64,000 bases of DNA from Squalus acanthias (taxonomy: Eukaryota), in the NCBI GenBank assembly GCA_030390025.1, contig CM059433.1, positions 26,042,001 through 26,106,000 of the forward strand, in the 5' to 3' direction. The translations under genes and the position numbers were made by a program. Shown one piece after another: positions 12,843 through 25,406 of this stretch (position 1 is the stretch's first letter; each line of letters starts with the position of its first letter). The notes under the pieces were generated by a model that had not been told where the DNA came from, searched no databases, and saw only the letters and a list, made by a program, of their open reading frames with translations.

Positions 12843-14028
12843 GGTGATCGGGGAGGGTGGTGATCGGGCTGATGGTGATCGGGCCGATGGTGTTCGGGGA
12901 GGGTGGTGATCGGGGAGGGTGGTGATCGGGCCGATGGTGATCAGGGAGGGTGGTGATCGGCGAGGGTGGTGATCGGGCCGATGGTGATCGGGGAGGGTGG
13001 TGATCGGGCCGATGGTGATCGGGGAGGGTGGTGATCGGGCCGATGGTGATCGGGGAGGGTGGTGATCGGGCCGATGGTGATCGGGGTGGGTGGTGATCGG
13101 GCCAATGGTGATCGGGGTGGGTGGTGATCGGGCCGATGGTGATCGGGCCGATGGTGATCGGGGTGGGTGGTGATCGGACCGATGGTGATCGGGGAGGGTG
13201 GTGATCGGGCCGATGGTGATCGGGGTGGGTGGTGATCGGGCCGATGGTGATCGGGGTGGGTGGTGATCGGGCCGATGGTGATCGGGCCGATGGTGATCGG
13301 GGTGGGTGGTGATCGGACCGATGGTGATCGGGGAGGGTGGTGATCGGGCCGATGGTGATCGGGGTGGGTGGTGATCGGGCCGATGGTGATCGGCGAGGGT
13401 GGTGATCGGGCTGATGGTGATCGGCGAGGGTGGTGATCGGGCCGATGGTGATCGGGGTGGGTGGTGATCGGGCCGATGGTGATCGGCGAGGGTGGTGATC
13501 GGGCCGATGGTGATCGGGGTGGGTGGTGATCGGGGTGGGTGGTGATCGGGCCGATGGTGATCGGGGTGGGTGGTGATCGGGCCGATGGTGATCGGGCCGA
13601 TGGTGATCGGGGAGGGTGGTGATCGGGGAGGATGGTGATCGGGGAGGGTGGTGTAGGGGTGGGTGGTGATCGGGGAGGGTGGTGTAGGGGTGGGTGGTGT
13701 AGGGGGAGGGTGGTGTAGGGGTGGGTGGTGATCGGGGAGGGTGGTGTAGGGGAGGGTGGTGTAGGGGTGGGTGGTGATCGGGGAGGGTGGTGTAGGGGTG
13801 GGTGGTGATCGGGGAGGGTGGTGTAGGGGTGGGTGGTGTAGGGGTGGGTGGTGATCGGGGAGGGTGGTGATCGGGCTGATGGTGTAGGGGTGGGTGGTGA
13901 TCGGGGAGGGTGGTGTAGGGGTGGGTGGTGTAGGGGAGGGTGGTGTAGGGGAGGGTGGTGTAGGGGTGGGTGGTGATCGGACCGATGGTGATTGGGGAGG
14001 GTGGTGTAGGGGAGGGTGGTGTCGGGGA
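12843..14028. repeat. G-rich minisatellite of interleaved 15/16-bp variant units
   Basis: Units GGTGATCGGGGAGGGT, GGTGATCGGGGTGGGT, GGTGATCGGGCCGAT, GGTGTAGGGGTGGGT and GGTGTAGGGGAGGGT. Confidence 0.97.
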
Positions 14029-14869
14029 TGGAGCAGCAGTATCCTGTTTATTTAAGTATTTTGACTCGGTTTCCCCCTGATGACAGGTTTCTCCTAGTTC
14101 TGAGTGAATGTAAATCACGAGATGTTTTTCGGATTATGTAGACACAATTTACAATATTTTCTTCATAAGTCATGTTGCTTCCACAATTAATTATTAACGC
14201 GACATATTTAAATATTTAATATTAATCCACAGCTGATGGTGTAGTAGGTAGTAGTGCAATCACCAACAATATACCAGGGGAGAAGCAAGGGATAGGAGAA
14301 GGGAGATTTTCTCTGTTTGCTATTAGTAGCGATATTGCAAATGGAAAGATGAAGAACATATTTCTGTTTTTGCAACAAGAAGAAATCTTCCTGGCTAGAA
14401 GTTTATTTGATACAGTAGCTTGATACTGTAAGAAACACACACAGATGTACATAATCAGACACTGAAACAAGAAACATGAAATCATGTGCAGATGACAAAC
14501 TGCTTGTCCTAACCATTGCTTTCTTGTTCTTTCCTTCTTTGGTCTTGTCACTGTTATTTGGAAAAGCATCTACATAAACGTTGATGCTCTGTATCTAATA
14601 TACACTCTGTTGAAAAGTCTCCTTTAATTTGTCGTGACATTGTCCTCTTACTTCTTCTCATCCACCTTATAATTCCCTCCAGAAGTCCTCACTCGGTTTC
14701 CAGTCCGCTGCAAAGTTCTGTATGTGATCTTGTTTCCATTTGCTCATCTGTTACTCTGAGACTGAAACCATTGCCATCATGGAACAACCTGTCGCTATCA
14801 GAATCCCGAGATATCTACAGCAGAATATGATGGGCCAGGATATCGGTGTATTGCTGCACTTTATGTACA

Positions 14870-15152
14870 TTTGCAAAGGCACCATCTGCCCTCTCATGTG
14901 GACCGAAAAGATACTATGACACAATTCATAGAAAAAGAGGGCAGGTGTCCTGGCCATCATTTATCCCTCAATCAATATCTCTGAAACAGATTATGTAATC
15001 ATCCATCTCTTTGCTGTAAGTGGGATCTTGCTGTGTGCATATTGGCTACTGCCTTTGCCTATATTACAACTTCAAAAGTACTTCATTGGTTGTGAAGTCC
15101 TTTGTGACATCCTAAGGACATGTAAGGCTGTGTATAAAATGCATGTTCTTTC
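14870..15152 (+). mobile_element. DeuSINE-like SINE fragment with L2-like tail
   Basis: Deu-like core (cctggcca..atttatccctcaa..aacagattat..gtgggatcttgctgtg) and a tataaaatgca tail. Confidence 0.65.
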
Positions 15153-15387
15153 TTTATGCTTTTGTCCATATTTTGTCCTCTATGTCCCAAGTTACCCTTC
15201 CCGTGCTTGTTCACCACTCTCACCCAGATAACTTCAGCCGGGTGAGCATGTGAGTGGATTTCAGTCTCCCTTATAGCTGGAACCATCAATGCTGCTTCCT
15301 CCATGGGGGGTACACTTGTGAGACGAGATGAGATGAGATACCCTGCCTAGGCACTGGGCTTCATGAGTATAACTTATATGAATCAAT

Positions 15388-15988
15388 GGGCTGGACTTTC
15401 CTTGTGATCCCACTCAAATTTGAGTGGAGTCGCAGCAGAAAATGGGACAGTGAAGCCTACCGGCAGCTTTCTGCCCTAACTTGGATTTGTCTATCTCCAC
15501 CCCTACCAGGATCACTGCTGGTTGCCTCTTACCTGCTCGCCACAGGTAAATGCTGGTGTGGTGGCAGGCGGGGCGGGGGGTGGTGGGGGCAGATTGGGGC
15601 TTGGGTTCCCATTTGATCTCCATGCCTTCTGCCCATTGCCACCACCCTCCGGGACCTGTCGCTCGAAAGTGGCAGTCGGCCTGGGGTAGTAGTGGTAAAG
15701 GGCCCAAAGTCTTCTGTTGGATGGAGAGAAGGCCGAGTAGAGGTTGCCATTCCCCCCCATTTCACTCTGAACACCTACTTTTGTCTCACCTGAGGCCTAC
15801 CAAATCTGCAACTGAAACTCCTTGTCAAGGCTCTTCTGCCCCTTTAACTGTTGTCCACCACTTTGTTGCTGCAGTGATGTGCCCACTGAGGCACTGCCCA
15901 GTGTTCCTCCTTGGGACTGCTGGGCTCCCTTGTGGCAGCAGGAATCCCACCGGATGTCCGGCTTTGCACGAAGGGAAAAATCCAGCCC
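15388..15988. mobile_element. Harbinger MITE, TSD AAT
   Basis: TIRs gggctggactttcc / ggaaaaatccagccc, with AAT on both flanks. Confidence 0.8.
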
Positions 15989-16141
15989 AATATCCCATAA
16001 TGGAACATTGAGCCTTGCAGCACCAATCAATGCCTAGCCAGTATGCCAATTATCATTCGCAAAGATAATTGCTGTAACATGATTGGAAACTGATCGATCG
16101 TGATGTTGGTAATAATACTTTTTCAATATTCTCTTTTGCAG

Positions 16142-16279
16142 CAATTTTACTATCCCAAATCGCCATTAGTACTGGCATCAAGACCACTGACTGTCTCCAG
16201 GTAAAGGCATGGTGCATCGCTGACACAAATGGTTGTAAAGGAGTATGGGACTTAATCAAAGAAGTCTGTAACATGACAG
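16142..16279 (+). CDS. GFRAL: GFRAL-like receptor exon: end of signal peptide and start of domain D1
   Basis: ttttgcag|...|gtaatt, phase 1-1, 138 nt. ILLSQIAISTGIKTTDCLQVKAWCIADTNGCKGVWDLIKEVCNMT parallels human GFRAL NCTYLREQCLRDANGCKHAWRVMEDACN (recalled sequence). Confidence 0.88.
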
Positions 16280-16630
16280 GTAATTATTAAATAAAAGCTA
16301 TATTGTAAACATGTTTGTCGTGAATGCTGAGGCTGTAATTTAATAAAGGGGCTTATGTTTTTATGGGTGTCTTATAATGCTGGGCTTATATTACAAAGCC
16401 TGCAATTTTGTTTATTGCAATTTCCTGACTTACAAAAGCCTGCAATTTCTCCTCAACTTTTATGATATATATACCAAAGCTGATTTTATTTTAAATGAAC
16501 AAATTTATCATCAGAGTTGGGCTGTGGAATTTGCTGAATCAAAAAAAAAGTGTCCAAGATTACATAATTCTCACGTGAATCACAATAGTTGTTATTCTAC
16601 CTTTATAATGTTAAATACAAATGACATTAA

Positions 16631-17839
16631 GTGGGAAAAATTCGATTGCTTTGCGCCTCCTGTTAGCGCCCTAAGAGGGCGCTAACGGGGTGCAAAGCAA
16701 CTAGCGCCCAGGCACGGCGCCGCCAACGCCTCCCGCGAACTTCAGCGGGAGGTTAGCAGTGGCGCTAACTGTTAGTGCCCCGCTGCGCTGTGCCGCCAGT
16801 GATGAAGTCATCGGCTGCACAGCGCCCCGCTCGCACCCCGGCCGCGATCTTCGGTAGTGCCCCCTGACTTACCGCTGGACACTATATCTGACGGGGTCAG
16901 GAGGGCCTACCTGCGGCCGGGACGGCGCTATTTAAAGGCGAGGTGCCGGGCGGCCATTTTTGTTGCTGGCCACCTGCCAGCACTTGCCTCCGCTCCCATC
17001 CCCGGCCTCCTGACCACACCACCCCCCCCCGCCGCCCCCCCCCGCGGAGTGCCAGCTGCGCTCCATGAGCCCGGCACTTCTCTTGAGTGCCGGGCTCTTT
17101 TGCCAGCTCTCCAATCCCCGGTGGCCCTGGGTCGTGCTGCGCAAGGCCCCCTCCCCTTTAAGACAACACGTTGGCATAGTGGTTAGCACTGGTGCCTCAC
17201 AGCGCCAGGGATCCGGGTTCGAATCTGACCTTGGGTGACTGTCTGTGTGGAGTTTGCACATTCTCCCCGTGTCTGCGTGGGTTTCCTCCGGGTGCTCCGG
17301 TTTCCTCCCACAGTCCAAAAATGTGCGGGTTAGGTTGATTTGGCTATGATAAAAAAATTGACCCTTAGTGTTAGGGGGGGATTAAATATGTGGGGTTATG
17401 GGGATAGGATGGGATACGTTAGGGGGAATTAAATACATGGGGTTACGGGGGTAGGGTGGGATGTGTGTACTGTGGGGATTAAAGCAGGGACAGGGTACTG
17501 GATTTGGATGATCAGCCATGATCATATTGAATGGTGGAGCAGGCTTGACGGGCCGAATGGCCTACTCCTGCTCCTAGATTCTATGTTTAAGAAGGGGAGG
17601 AAGGCCTGCAATACCGTGGTGTGACATGCCGCAGCGCATGGCGCTGAAGCACGTAGCGCCGTGATGTTCCCTCACAGCGCCCCAAGAAGGAGACGGGGTA
17701 CTTCCAGTAGCGTCCTGCTTCCCTCTTGGGGCGCTACCACTCAATTTCGGCCGCGGGGGCGTTTATTTTTCCGGGGCGTTAAAAGTAGCACCCCGGCGAA
17801 GTTAGCGCCCCAAAGGGGGAGCGACTCAATTTCTCCTGC
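16631..17839. mobile_element. GC-rich Harbinger MITE (TSD TAA) containing a SINE
   Basis: TIRs gtgggaaaaatt / aatttctcctgc, with TAA on both flanks. Homologous to 29399-30064. Many tagcgcc subterminal motifs. Confidence 0.85.
17164..17585 (+). mobile_element. HE1-like V-SINE (tRNA head, V core, CR1 tail), TSD tttaaga
   Basis: A/B boxes tggcatagtgg and ggttcgaatc. V-domain gtctgtgtggagtttgcacattctccccgtgtctgcgtgggtttcctccggg. Tail matches the CR1 end at 4905-5020. The empty site is visible at 29881. Confidence 0.9.
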
Positions 17840-18877
17840 TAAAAGCCTATTATATGGTATTGCAACTATAATGATTTTATTTTACATTGTTCTGTAAAAT
17901 CCTTCAGTAGTACTGTAAACAGACACTAATTATTTCCAAAGTTTAATCCATTAGTAAAATTTGCATTTTAATAATTCACTTAGCCTCCTGCCTTGTCCCC
18001 ATATCCTTTAAATGTTTTCCTTTTTCAAATAATTTAACTTCCCTTTTAAAAGGGATTATAGATTCTGCTTCCATTATAATTTCTGACAGGTTAATTCTAT
18101 ATTGCAGCAATCCTCTGTTTAAAAAAATCACCTAATCTCTCCTTCTGTTCTTACAGTGCTGATTTTAAATTTATGTCCTCTAGTTACCGACTCACTGACC
18201 AGTGGAAATAGCTTCTCCCTATCCACAACATCTCTTTATAAAGGCTTAAATTAGCACTTATTGTATTAACACAGCGCTGAAATGTTTATAACTACCTCAT
18301 TAGGTTGATTGAGTCGGTAGTCCTGAGAATGAATGTGTATAATGACACGCTTCAAAGGTAATCCTAAATCTAAGATGGGATAGAGAGAAAAGAAGTATCT
18401 AGTCTAGAATGGGTGAGTCCATACCTCGCATTGAAGGCTTTTGAATGTTTTGAGTGAAATGACCTCTGCTGGGCTCAGTGCTGACTACAAATCTGTCCTT
18501 ACTACGATCTGACAGCTTTCCCCTCATGGCTCAGTAGGTTAACGCATCATCCAGGAGGCAACTGAGACACACTTCCTCAGGCCTACTCTCGCTCCGCCAT
18601 TGTAACTCTGGCGAAAGCTCGGTGGAAACTTTGTTCGACGCTGATAAACCGGTTTTCTGTCAAACCTCCACCAAAGTTCCAGTGGCCGTGCAGAAGAGAA
18701 ACCCCAAGGAAATTCCCAGCGACACAATCCAAGTAAATCCAGGATTGTTCCGCGATTTGTCTCGAGTTAGCTGATTTCAGTCTGGAGGACACTTGGGTCC
18801 TACAGGTGTACTAGTGTCAGGTGAAAGGGATCAGGCTTGACTGTAATGCTTCCCCCGATTAAATATAACAACACTCA

Positions 18878-18984
18878 GGCCAAGGTTTTCCACATCACCG
18901 CTCACCAGCCCGTGACTTTTCACTTATTGACTTTAATGGGCTGCAAATCACAGGCCGGTGAGCAGAGAAGTGGAATCCCCGGCT
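18878..18984. mobile_element. Short hairpin MITE
   Basis: Inverted arms gctcaccagcccgtga / tcacaggccggtgagc around an attgactttaat core. Confidence 0.55.
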
Positions 18985-19958
18985 TCACTGTCGAGGCTCG
19001 GTCATAAAGAATTAGCCCTCGGGCCTGGCCAAGTACTGAAGGATTTACCAGCCAAACTAGGTCTGCATCAGATGGTGAGGCAAATAATATGAATTAATAA
19101 CTAACTTGACCTCATCCTCACCAACCTACTTGTCGCAGACACGTCTGTCCACGATAGCTTTAATAGGAAGTTACCACCGCTCAGTCCTTGTGACCACAAA
19201 GCCTCCTCTTCATCTGAAAAACTAATTTTATATTTGTGGAATGTCAAATTTTTCCATGAATATGATAAGAATTACATGGCTTTTAATATAATATTTTTTT
19301 AAAGTTTGTTTATGATATTTCAGCTTCTACCTTAACCCTATGTGTATGTCCCAATCCTGTTTAGCTCTCTGTAAAATTTATAAAAAGTAAATTATAATCT
19401 GGGCATTTTACTTCCTGATTTGCTGTCTGTGAGAATTCTTCAACGTGATTGGCTGCTTAGCCTGCTTGATGACATCACTGTTGCTGGACGCTGGAGATTC
19501 GCTTGAGTTGGCACCAAATTCAATCTTTGTGGGCAACTTTCTTCGAGGTCAGCGGCGGGCGCCGTCACTTTACCGCTGACCGCAAATTTTGTGCCAATAT
19601 CGTGCTGTGACAAGAGGAGGAAGGAAGTGTCTGAAATAATTCACTTTTATCGACTGATCATAGAGAAATGCAGGCTCCCACAGTCCAGGGGCTGGATTTT
19701 AACGTGCTGACGCGCTGGGAGCAGGGTGGGCCCGATAGCGCAAGGGAAACCCTGGAATATGTGCAGTGCGTCTGTCAGTGGCTTTTTTAACGCAGCCATT
19801 TCATTAACATCTGCTTTCCAGGCTTCCCATCCAATTAGCATCAGAGGGCATGATGACGACCCGCATGACACGATCTCAACTCCAGTATTTAAAGGAACAC
19901 TCCAAACATGCCTGTTGAAGTAGTTGGAGTTGTCATGGAGAGAGAAAGCAGTGTTGGG

Positions 19959-21770
19959 ATGGAGTTGAGACGGGCAAAGGCTGCGCCCCGCTTCACCAAC
20001 GCCTCCTTGGATGTGCTGCGGGAGGCTGTGAGGACCCGGAGGAAGATACTGTTCCCTAGCAATGGGAGGAAGAAGCTGCTGGTGAGACAAAGAAGGTGTG
20101 GTTGGAGGTTGCCGAGGAGGTCAGCAGCAGGAACATGGTGCCACACTCCTGGATCCAATGCAGGAAGCGCTTCAATGACCTAAACAGGGCAGGAAAAGTG
20201 AGAGCTGTGGCACATTGCCATACATCCTGATGTGCGTATCACCCGAACCCACTCACTCTGCCTTCTCAAGCCTACTGCAGCACATCACTCCTCACACCAA
20301 CTTACCTCACAGGTGCACCCATCCCTCACTGTCTACACACTTCTTCATATCCCCATCTATCCATCCACCACTGACACTCAGCCTGATCCTTATGCAACGT
20401 CATGCCTATAGTCCATAGTTACCTTCACCAAATGCTCCCTTCTTTCCCTCCTTGCAGGAGAAGAGAGCACAGAACAGCAGGGAAAGGCAGAGAACTGGAG
20501 GTGGCCCTCCACAGATCTTGTAATTAACAGCTACAGAAGAGGAGGTGCTGGAGATCAGCAGAGTCTCAGCGTGCCTGGCTGCCAGAGATGGGGAGATGGG
20601 GGCCTGCCAGCTACCTGGTGACAGAATTAAACATGAGATAGCCACATGGCATACAACACTCAGTCATATTGACTTGATGTCAACAGCGAGTGAAATATGA
20701 TCATGTACATAATGATAACTTCAAACATTCTTACCTTGACAGTACTCATTCATGTATTTAATTTCCCACAGGGCCTTCAGGCGTCCATCAGGAGATGATT
20801 GAGGTCGCCCACGACGACAGCGACTCCTCAGAGGAGCTCAGTCTCTCTGAGGGTGCACCATCACAGGAATTATGCAGACCATGCACCAGTTCAGATACTT
20901 GCACTTCGGTGGCAGTAGTTAGAGAGATAGTTGAGTTTTCACCTGGTGACTCACACTTCACAAGTGAACAAGAGCAGATGGTGGAGCCAAGGACAGCAGT
21001 GGAGAGTCCACGTCGGAGGTTGTAGGACTCTCAATGCTCTGCTTGGCTGGACGTAGATGCTGTACCTCGGGGGCTGTCAATGAAAAGGACACTTATTGAG
21101 CAGCAGCAGAGAATGTGCAATGTACTGATAGGCGTTCCAAGCGCACAGTGTATGATTGCAGAGAGTTTGGAGGAGTCCACCTCAAGCATGAGTGGCATGC
21201 TGTCGCAAGCCATTGCCATAATGTCTTCTTCCATGGATAGAGTGGCCAACTGCATGGAGCATCAAACGCAGCAATTGGATGAGTGCATGCAAGCCTTCAC
21301 CAATGGCTTGCACACTCTGGTTGCCACCTTAAATAGGATGAATGATACCCTAGCTTTGGCCTTGCAGCGCCCTGCTGATCTGCAGCAAAGTGTTCTCCAG
21401 CACATTGCTTGCAGGGAAGTGCGGCTGGGCCATGAGAGGGATGATGGTGAAAGGAGGCATGGAAATGGGGACTCTGCTCAAAGCACTTCCACTTCTCACG
21501 TGTTGTCCCCCCCCCCCGCCCACCCCACCCCACCTCAGTCAGTACCCGACATGCTGCCTCGTGTCCCGATGGCTGAGTCTGCCCCTGCACAGGTGCAGGT
21601 GAAGCAGTCTTTGGTGGGGCCCTCACGGGCTCCAAAACCCGGAGGATGTCGGCCAAGAGCATCTCAACAGTCAGCAGGGATGTGAGCAGCCTGCCTCTAC
21701 TTCTGTTGAAGCGACAGGAGTTGCACCACTTTGATGCACTAGGAAAAGGAAGAGTAAAGATTTGTAGTTG
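19959..21770 (+). pseudogene. Harbinger Myb/SANT-like gene (exons about 19959-20198, 20458-20617, 20771-21770)
   Basis: MELRRAKAAPRFTNASLDVL, WIQCRKRFNDL, EKRAQNSRERQRTGGG. Frameshift in exon 1 and an in-frame stop at 20521. Confidence 0.85.
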
Positions 21771-21842
21771 CACAAGGGTATGCACATGAGTGTGTTAGAC
21801 ATTGTTATATTGTTAAGTTTCTGTTGTGTATTTGAAGATTAT

Positions 21843-22737
21843 GGGGGAGAAATTCAGTATCGCCCCATTCGGGGCGCAATTATCGGCCGGGCGCAAAGAT
21901 TAGCGCCTGGCGCTAATTATCGCCACCGACTGCAAACTTGACTTTTATCGCCCCTGGAGGTGATTGGAGCGCTAAATCAGGCGCTTCACACCTGTCTTAA
22001 GGCGCAAAGGCCGAGGAGCGAGGCGCTACCTCAGAGTGCTGGCGAAGCTCATGTGATGTCAGTCAGCAATGGAACACACACACAATGGCACCGGCCAGTT
22101 CTTAAAGGGGATGGTTGATCTTGTTTTCCATCCACATCCTGCTCATTGCAGCCTTGAATCTCGGCCTGGAGAGACCTGCACATCAAATCTGCTGGAAAGA
22201 ACAATGGAGAGTACCAGGGAAAGAGCTTAGAGTGCAGCCCCCACAGTCTCTTCTAAATCGATACAAGGAATGGCAAATCAAAATGAACCTGCAAAGTGCT
22301 GCTCAGTACCCAAAACTCCTTCACACAGCGTTTAATCTCTCCAGAAGTCTCTCTCTCTCTCTCTCTCAGAATGCGTGGTTCAAAAATGGCACCAACAATA
22401 AAAGGCAGGAAGCGGTCGCCTTTAAATAGCGCTCCCCCAGTCCCTTCATGACTGCAATTCGCTCCCCTCAACCTGTCGTTGCTAGCGTCAGGCGGTAAGG
22501 CAGGGGGCGCCACTCAATATCTGCTCCGGGGCAATACCGGGGCGTTGCGCACTCGACTTACGTCACGATCTGCCGGCGCAGGAGATCGTGGCGGTAGTGT
22601 TTAGCGCCGCCGCAAAATGTCTAGTTAATTTCGCGAGCGGCGCAAACATCGCCGCGCCTGGGCGCTAGATGCTTTGCGCCCCATTAGCGCCCTCTTAAGG
22701 CGCTAACGGGAGGCGCAACCGACTGAATTTTCCCCCC
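21843..22737. mobile_element. Internally deleted Harbinger derivative nested between the two genes of the 19688-24632 element, TSD TAT
   Basis: 16-bp TIRs gggggagaaattcagt / actgaattttcccccc, with TAT on both flanks. The left arm matches 1600-1979. Confidence 0.9.
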
Positions 22738-23049
22738 TATAAATATTATTCTTTTGCACCACTTTCCTGTCTTGCCTGTTCTTGGATGCTGGCTGGCAAG
22801 TGGCATTTTCAGTTGTTTGATGATGAATAGGATGACAAGAATTGATGGCAACCAATGGGAGGCTGTAAATGGGATGCTTGGTTGTTTGGAGGACTGCTTT
22901 GTGTTGGTGGCATGGTTGGTGGGGGGGGGCGTGGTGGAGCACAAGTGGATTTTACATCTGGTTGTTAGATGAGTGCACTGGTGGAACCTAAGTAAACCTT
23001 GCAATAATGAGGGCATCCCGGGCAGCAATGTGCACCGCTGGTGGTGCAT

Positions 23050-24150
23050 TGCCTGCATCACTTTCCACCTCCCTGTCTTCCTCCTCCTCCTCCTCAGAAT
23101 CCTCCGAAGAGGCTCTGCGATCTGCGCCTTGGTCCTCCTGCAGCTCCAAACCTCACTGCTGGGCAATGTTGTGCAGAGCACAGCGCACCACGACCATTCT
23201 GGAGACCCTGACTGGTGTGTACTGAAGGGCACCTCCAGATCTGTCCAGGCACCTGAAGCGCACCTTCAGAATGCCGATGGTTTGTTTGATGCTATAACTG
23301 GTGGTCATATGGCATTCATTGTAGCATTCATGCGCCTCATTCCTTGGGTTTCTGAGAGGTGCCATCAACCACATTATAAGTGGGTATCCCTTGTCTCCGA
23401 GCAGCCAGCTAGTAACTCTGCTTCTAGGTACGAAGGCATCTGGGAGGGTGGACTGCCTCAGGACACAAGCATCATGGCGGCTGCCCGGGAATCTTGCGCA
23501 CACCTGCATAAATATCTTTTTGTGGTTACACACCAGCTGCACATTGATGGAGTAGAAGCCCTTGCGGTTGACGAACACTCCTGGGTGCTTTATGGGTGCC
23601 TTAATTGCCATGTGTGTGCAGTCGATGATGCCCTGCACCTGTGGGAAGCCAGCCAGAGCCGCAAAGCCATGAACCCACTCATTCTGACTGGCATCATCGC
23701 AGGCAAAGTTGACATAGTAGATGGCACTGGCATCAGTCACCTGTCTTATGCATTTGTGTGCCGCCGACTGTGAGAGCCTGCAAATGTCTCTGGCAGTACC
23801 CTGGAAGGATCTAGAGGCAAAGAAGTTGAGGGCAGTGGTGACTTTGACAGCCACTGGTAAAGCGTGGCCACCAGGTCCAGCTGGCAGCAGGTCTTGTTCC
23901 AGCAGGCTGCAAATGTCTGTCACCACGTAACACGACATCCTTAGCCTCCTGAGACACTGGTGTTCAGACATGTCGAGGAAGCTCATCCTCTGCCTGTAGA
24001 CCTGTGTGCTGGGTAAGGCATCCTGCGAGCTGCACCTCTCTGCTGCTCCCCTCTGTCCTGTGGAGCTACAGGTCTGTGAGCAGCAACCTGCTGTTGCTGC
24101 TATTGCTGCTCATCTTGGTCCTCATCTAAGGCAGCGTAAGCAGCACCCAT
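23050..24150 (-). pseudogene. Harbinger DDE transposase (277-aa open segment 23153-23986)
   Basis: GIIDCTH, NRKGFYSINVQLVC, PGSRHDA, GDKGYPL, CALHN. The third catalytic position reads K (SIKQTIG, versus IIEQTI in the 7.8-kb copy). Confidence 0.92.
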
Positions 24151-24640
24151 GCTGATCTGATGGAGCAGAGCTCCAAAGTGCAGATCAGACCTTCAACCCT
24201 CCAAAGTGTTGAAGAAACCTCCAAAGTGTGTAAAGTAGCCTCTCAGCACAAGCATTGTGAACAAACCCTTTCCCACAAGCAGGTAAGGAAGCAACTGTGT
24301 GTACTGAGTATTTATTGGCATATTTCCCTGACATGGCTTCAGCCCCCTCAATTTCCGCTGTGTACTCGCCTTGCTTTCACTGGCGAGTTCCAGAAAGCCT
24401 GGGAAACCCATGGACCCAAAGTTAAAGTTGAAAATCCTTGTCAATATCATTCTAATTGAGCGATTAATGTATGTTAAGTGACAACTGCATCTCCCGAGGG
24501 GGTTGCTCGCATGCAGCCTAACGTGCTGCAGTGAAATGCGGAAGTTGGCGGGTTGGAGCTGTCAATTTCGCTGGTTTTAACCACCCACCCACTCCCAAAC
24601 CCACGTGCTCCTGCACATTAAAATCCAGCCCTCAGACAAT

Positions 24641-25406
24641 GGGCCAAAAATTCGGCTGTTGTCGGGTGAGTACGCGCTGTGTACTCACCCGTAAGGCCTC
24701 CTGAAGTGTCGGTTTCCTGCATGCACTGCGCATGCGCAGGAAACCGGAACTTCCGGTCTCGTGAAGGGAGGGGTTCAGAGGTGAACCGCGTGCGCGGGAG
24801 AGGCTGCGCGCATGCAGCGAACTTAGGTTTTTTTTCAGGTTTCTCCGGGAAGGTAAGTATGGAAGAAGCTGCGCTTTTAAAAAGGAGGCGCAAGATCCGT
24901 TTTTAACAAGGTAAGTGGTTAATTAATTACAATTTAAATTTTTTTTCAACAGGTTTATCTTTTTTAGATACTTTAAAGAAAGGTAAGTTTATTTTTAGCA
25001 CTGTTAAAAAGTATTTTAATTTTGTCAAAAATTTAAATTTTTGTTTAAAGTAGTTAATTTATTTAACTTATAGTTATTTTAAAAATGTGATGTTTTTTTA
25101 AAAAATGTATTTGAAGTTTAGGTGTTGTTTTGGGGCCGATTTCAATTCATAGATTTGACAGGTCTTCCTGTCAAATCTATGAATGAAAGATGGTCTGCTG
25201 CCATTGGCTCTCCATGGCCCACGTGATCCCAGGGGACGCATCGCACTAACTACGCCCCTGGGATACACAAGCACTGCGCGCCGGCAGCTGCAGGAGGCCC
25301 AGGAGCTGAAGTCCCCGTGGGCCCAGAGGTCAACGGCAGGCGCGGTAGGTAGGTGCGCGCATGATCCTTGCACCCGCGGGAAGCCAGGGAGCCAAATTTC
25401 TGGGCC
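24641..25406 (+). mobile_element. MITE with GC-rich arms and AT-rich core (family X), same orientation as GFRAL
   Basis: TIRs gggccaaaaatt / aatttctgggcc, flanks aat/att. Homologous to 60501-61253 (inverted), 26710-27461, 41978-42712 and 51338-52081. Confidence 0.85.

Larger units (their letters stand above)
19688..24632. mobile_element. Full-length, decayed two-gene Harbinger transposon in a GFRAL intron
   Basis: TIRs gggctggattttaacgtgc / gcacattaaaatccagccc. Probable CAG TSD with a 1-nt ambiguity. Myb gene on +, transposase on -. Confidence 0.9.

Noticed and set aside
12697..14118. 473-aa His/Pro-rich ORF on the minus strand
   Set aside because: Read-through of a stop-poor minisatellite into a Penelope fragment. 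Mixed 15/16-bp units cycle through frames, so there is no coding constraint.
14476..14577. Short hydrophobic ORF (MKSCADDKLLVLTIAFLFF...) as GFRAL exon 1
   Set aside because: Ends in a stop with no convincing phase 1 donor. Exon 1 is left unassigned.
17164..17240. tRNA gene
   Set aside because: It is the tRNA-derived head of a SINE, followed by a V core, a LINE tail and a TSD.
23153..23986. Host HARBI1 gene
   Set aside because: Lies within TIRs beside a Myb-like gene, has several decayed paralogues in the window, and is disrupted at both ends. It is a transposon copy.
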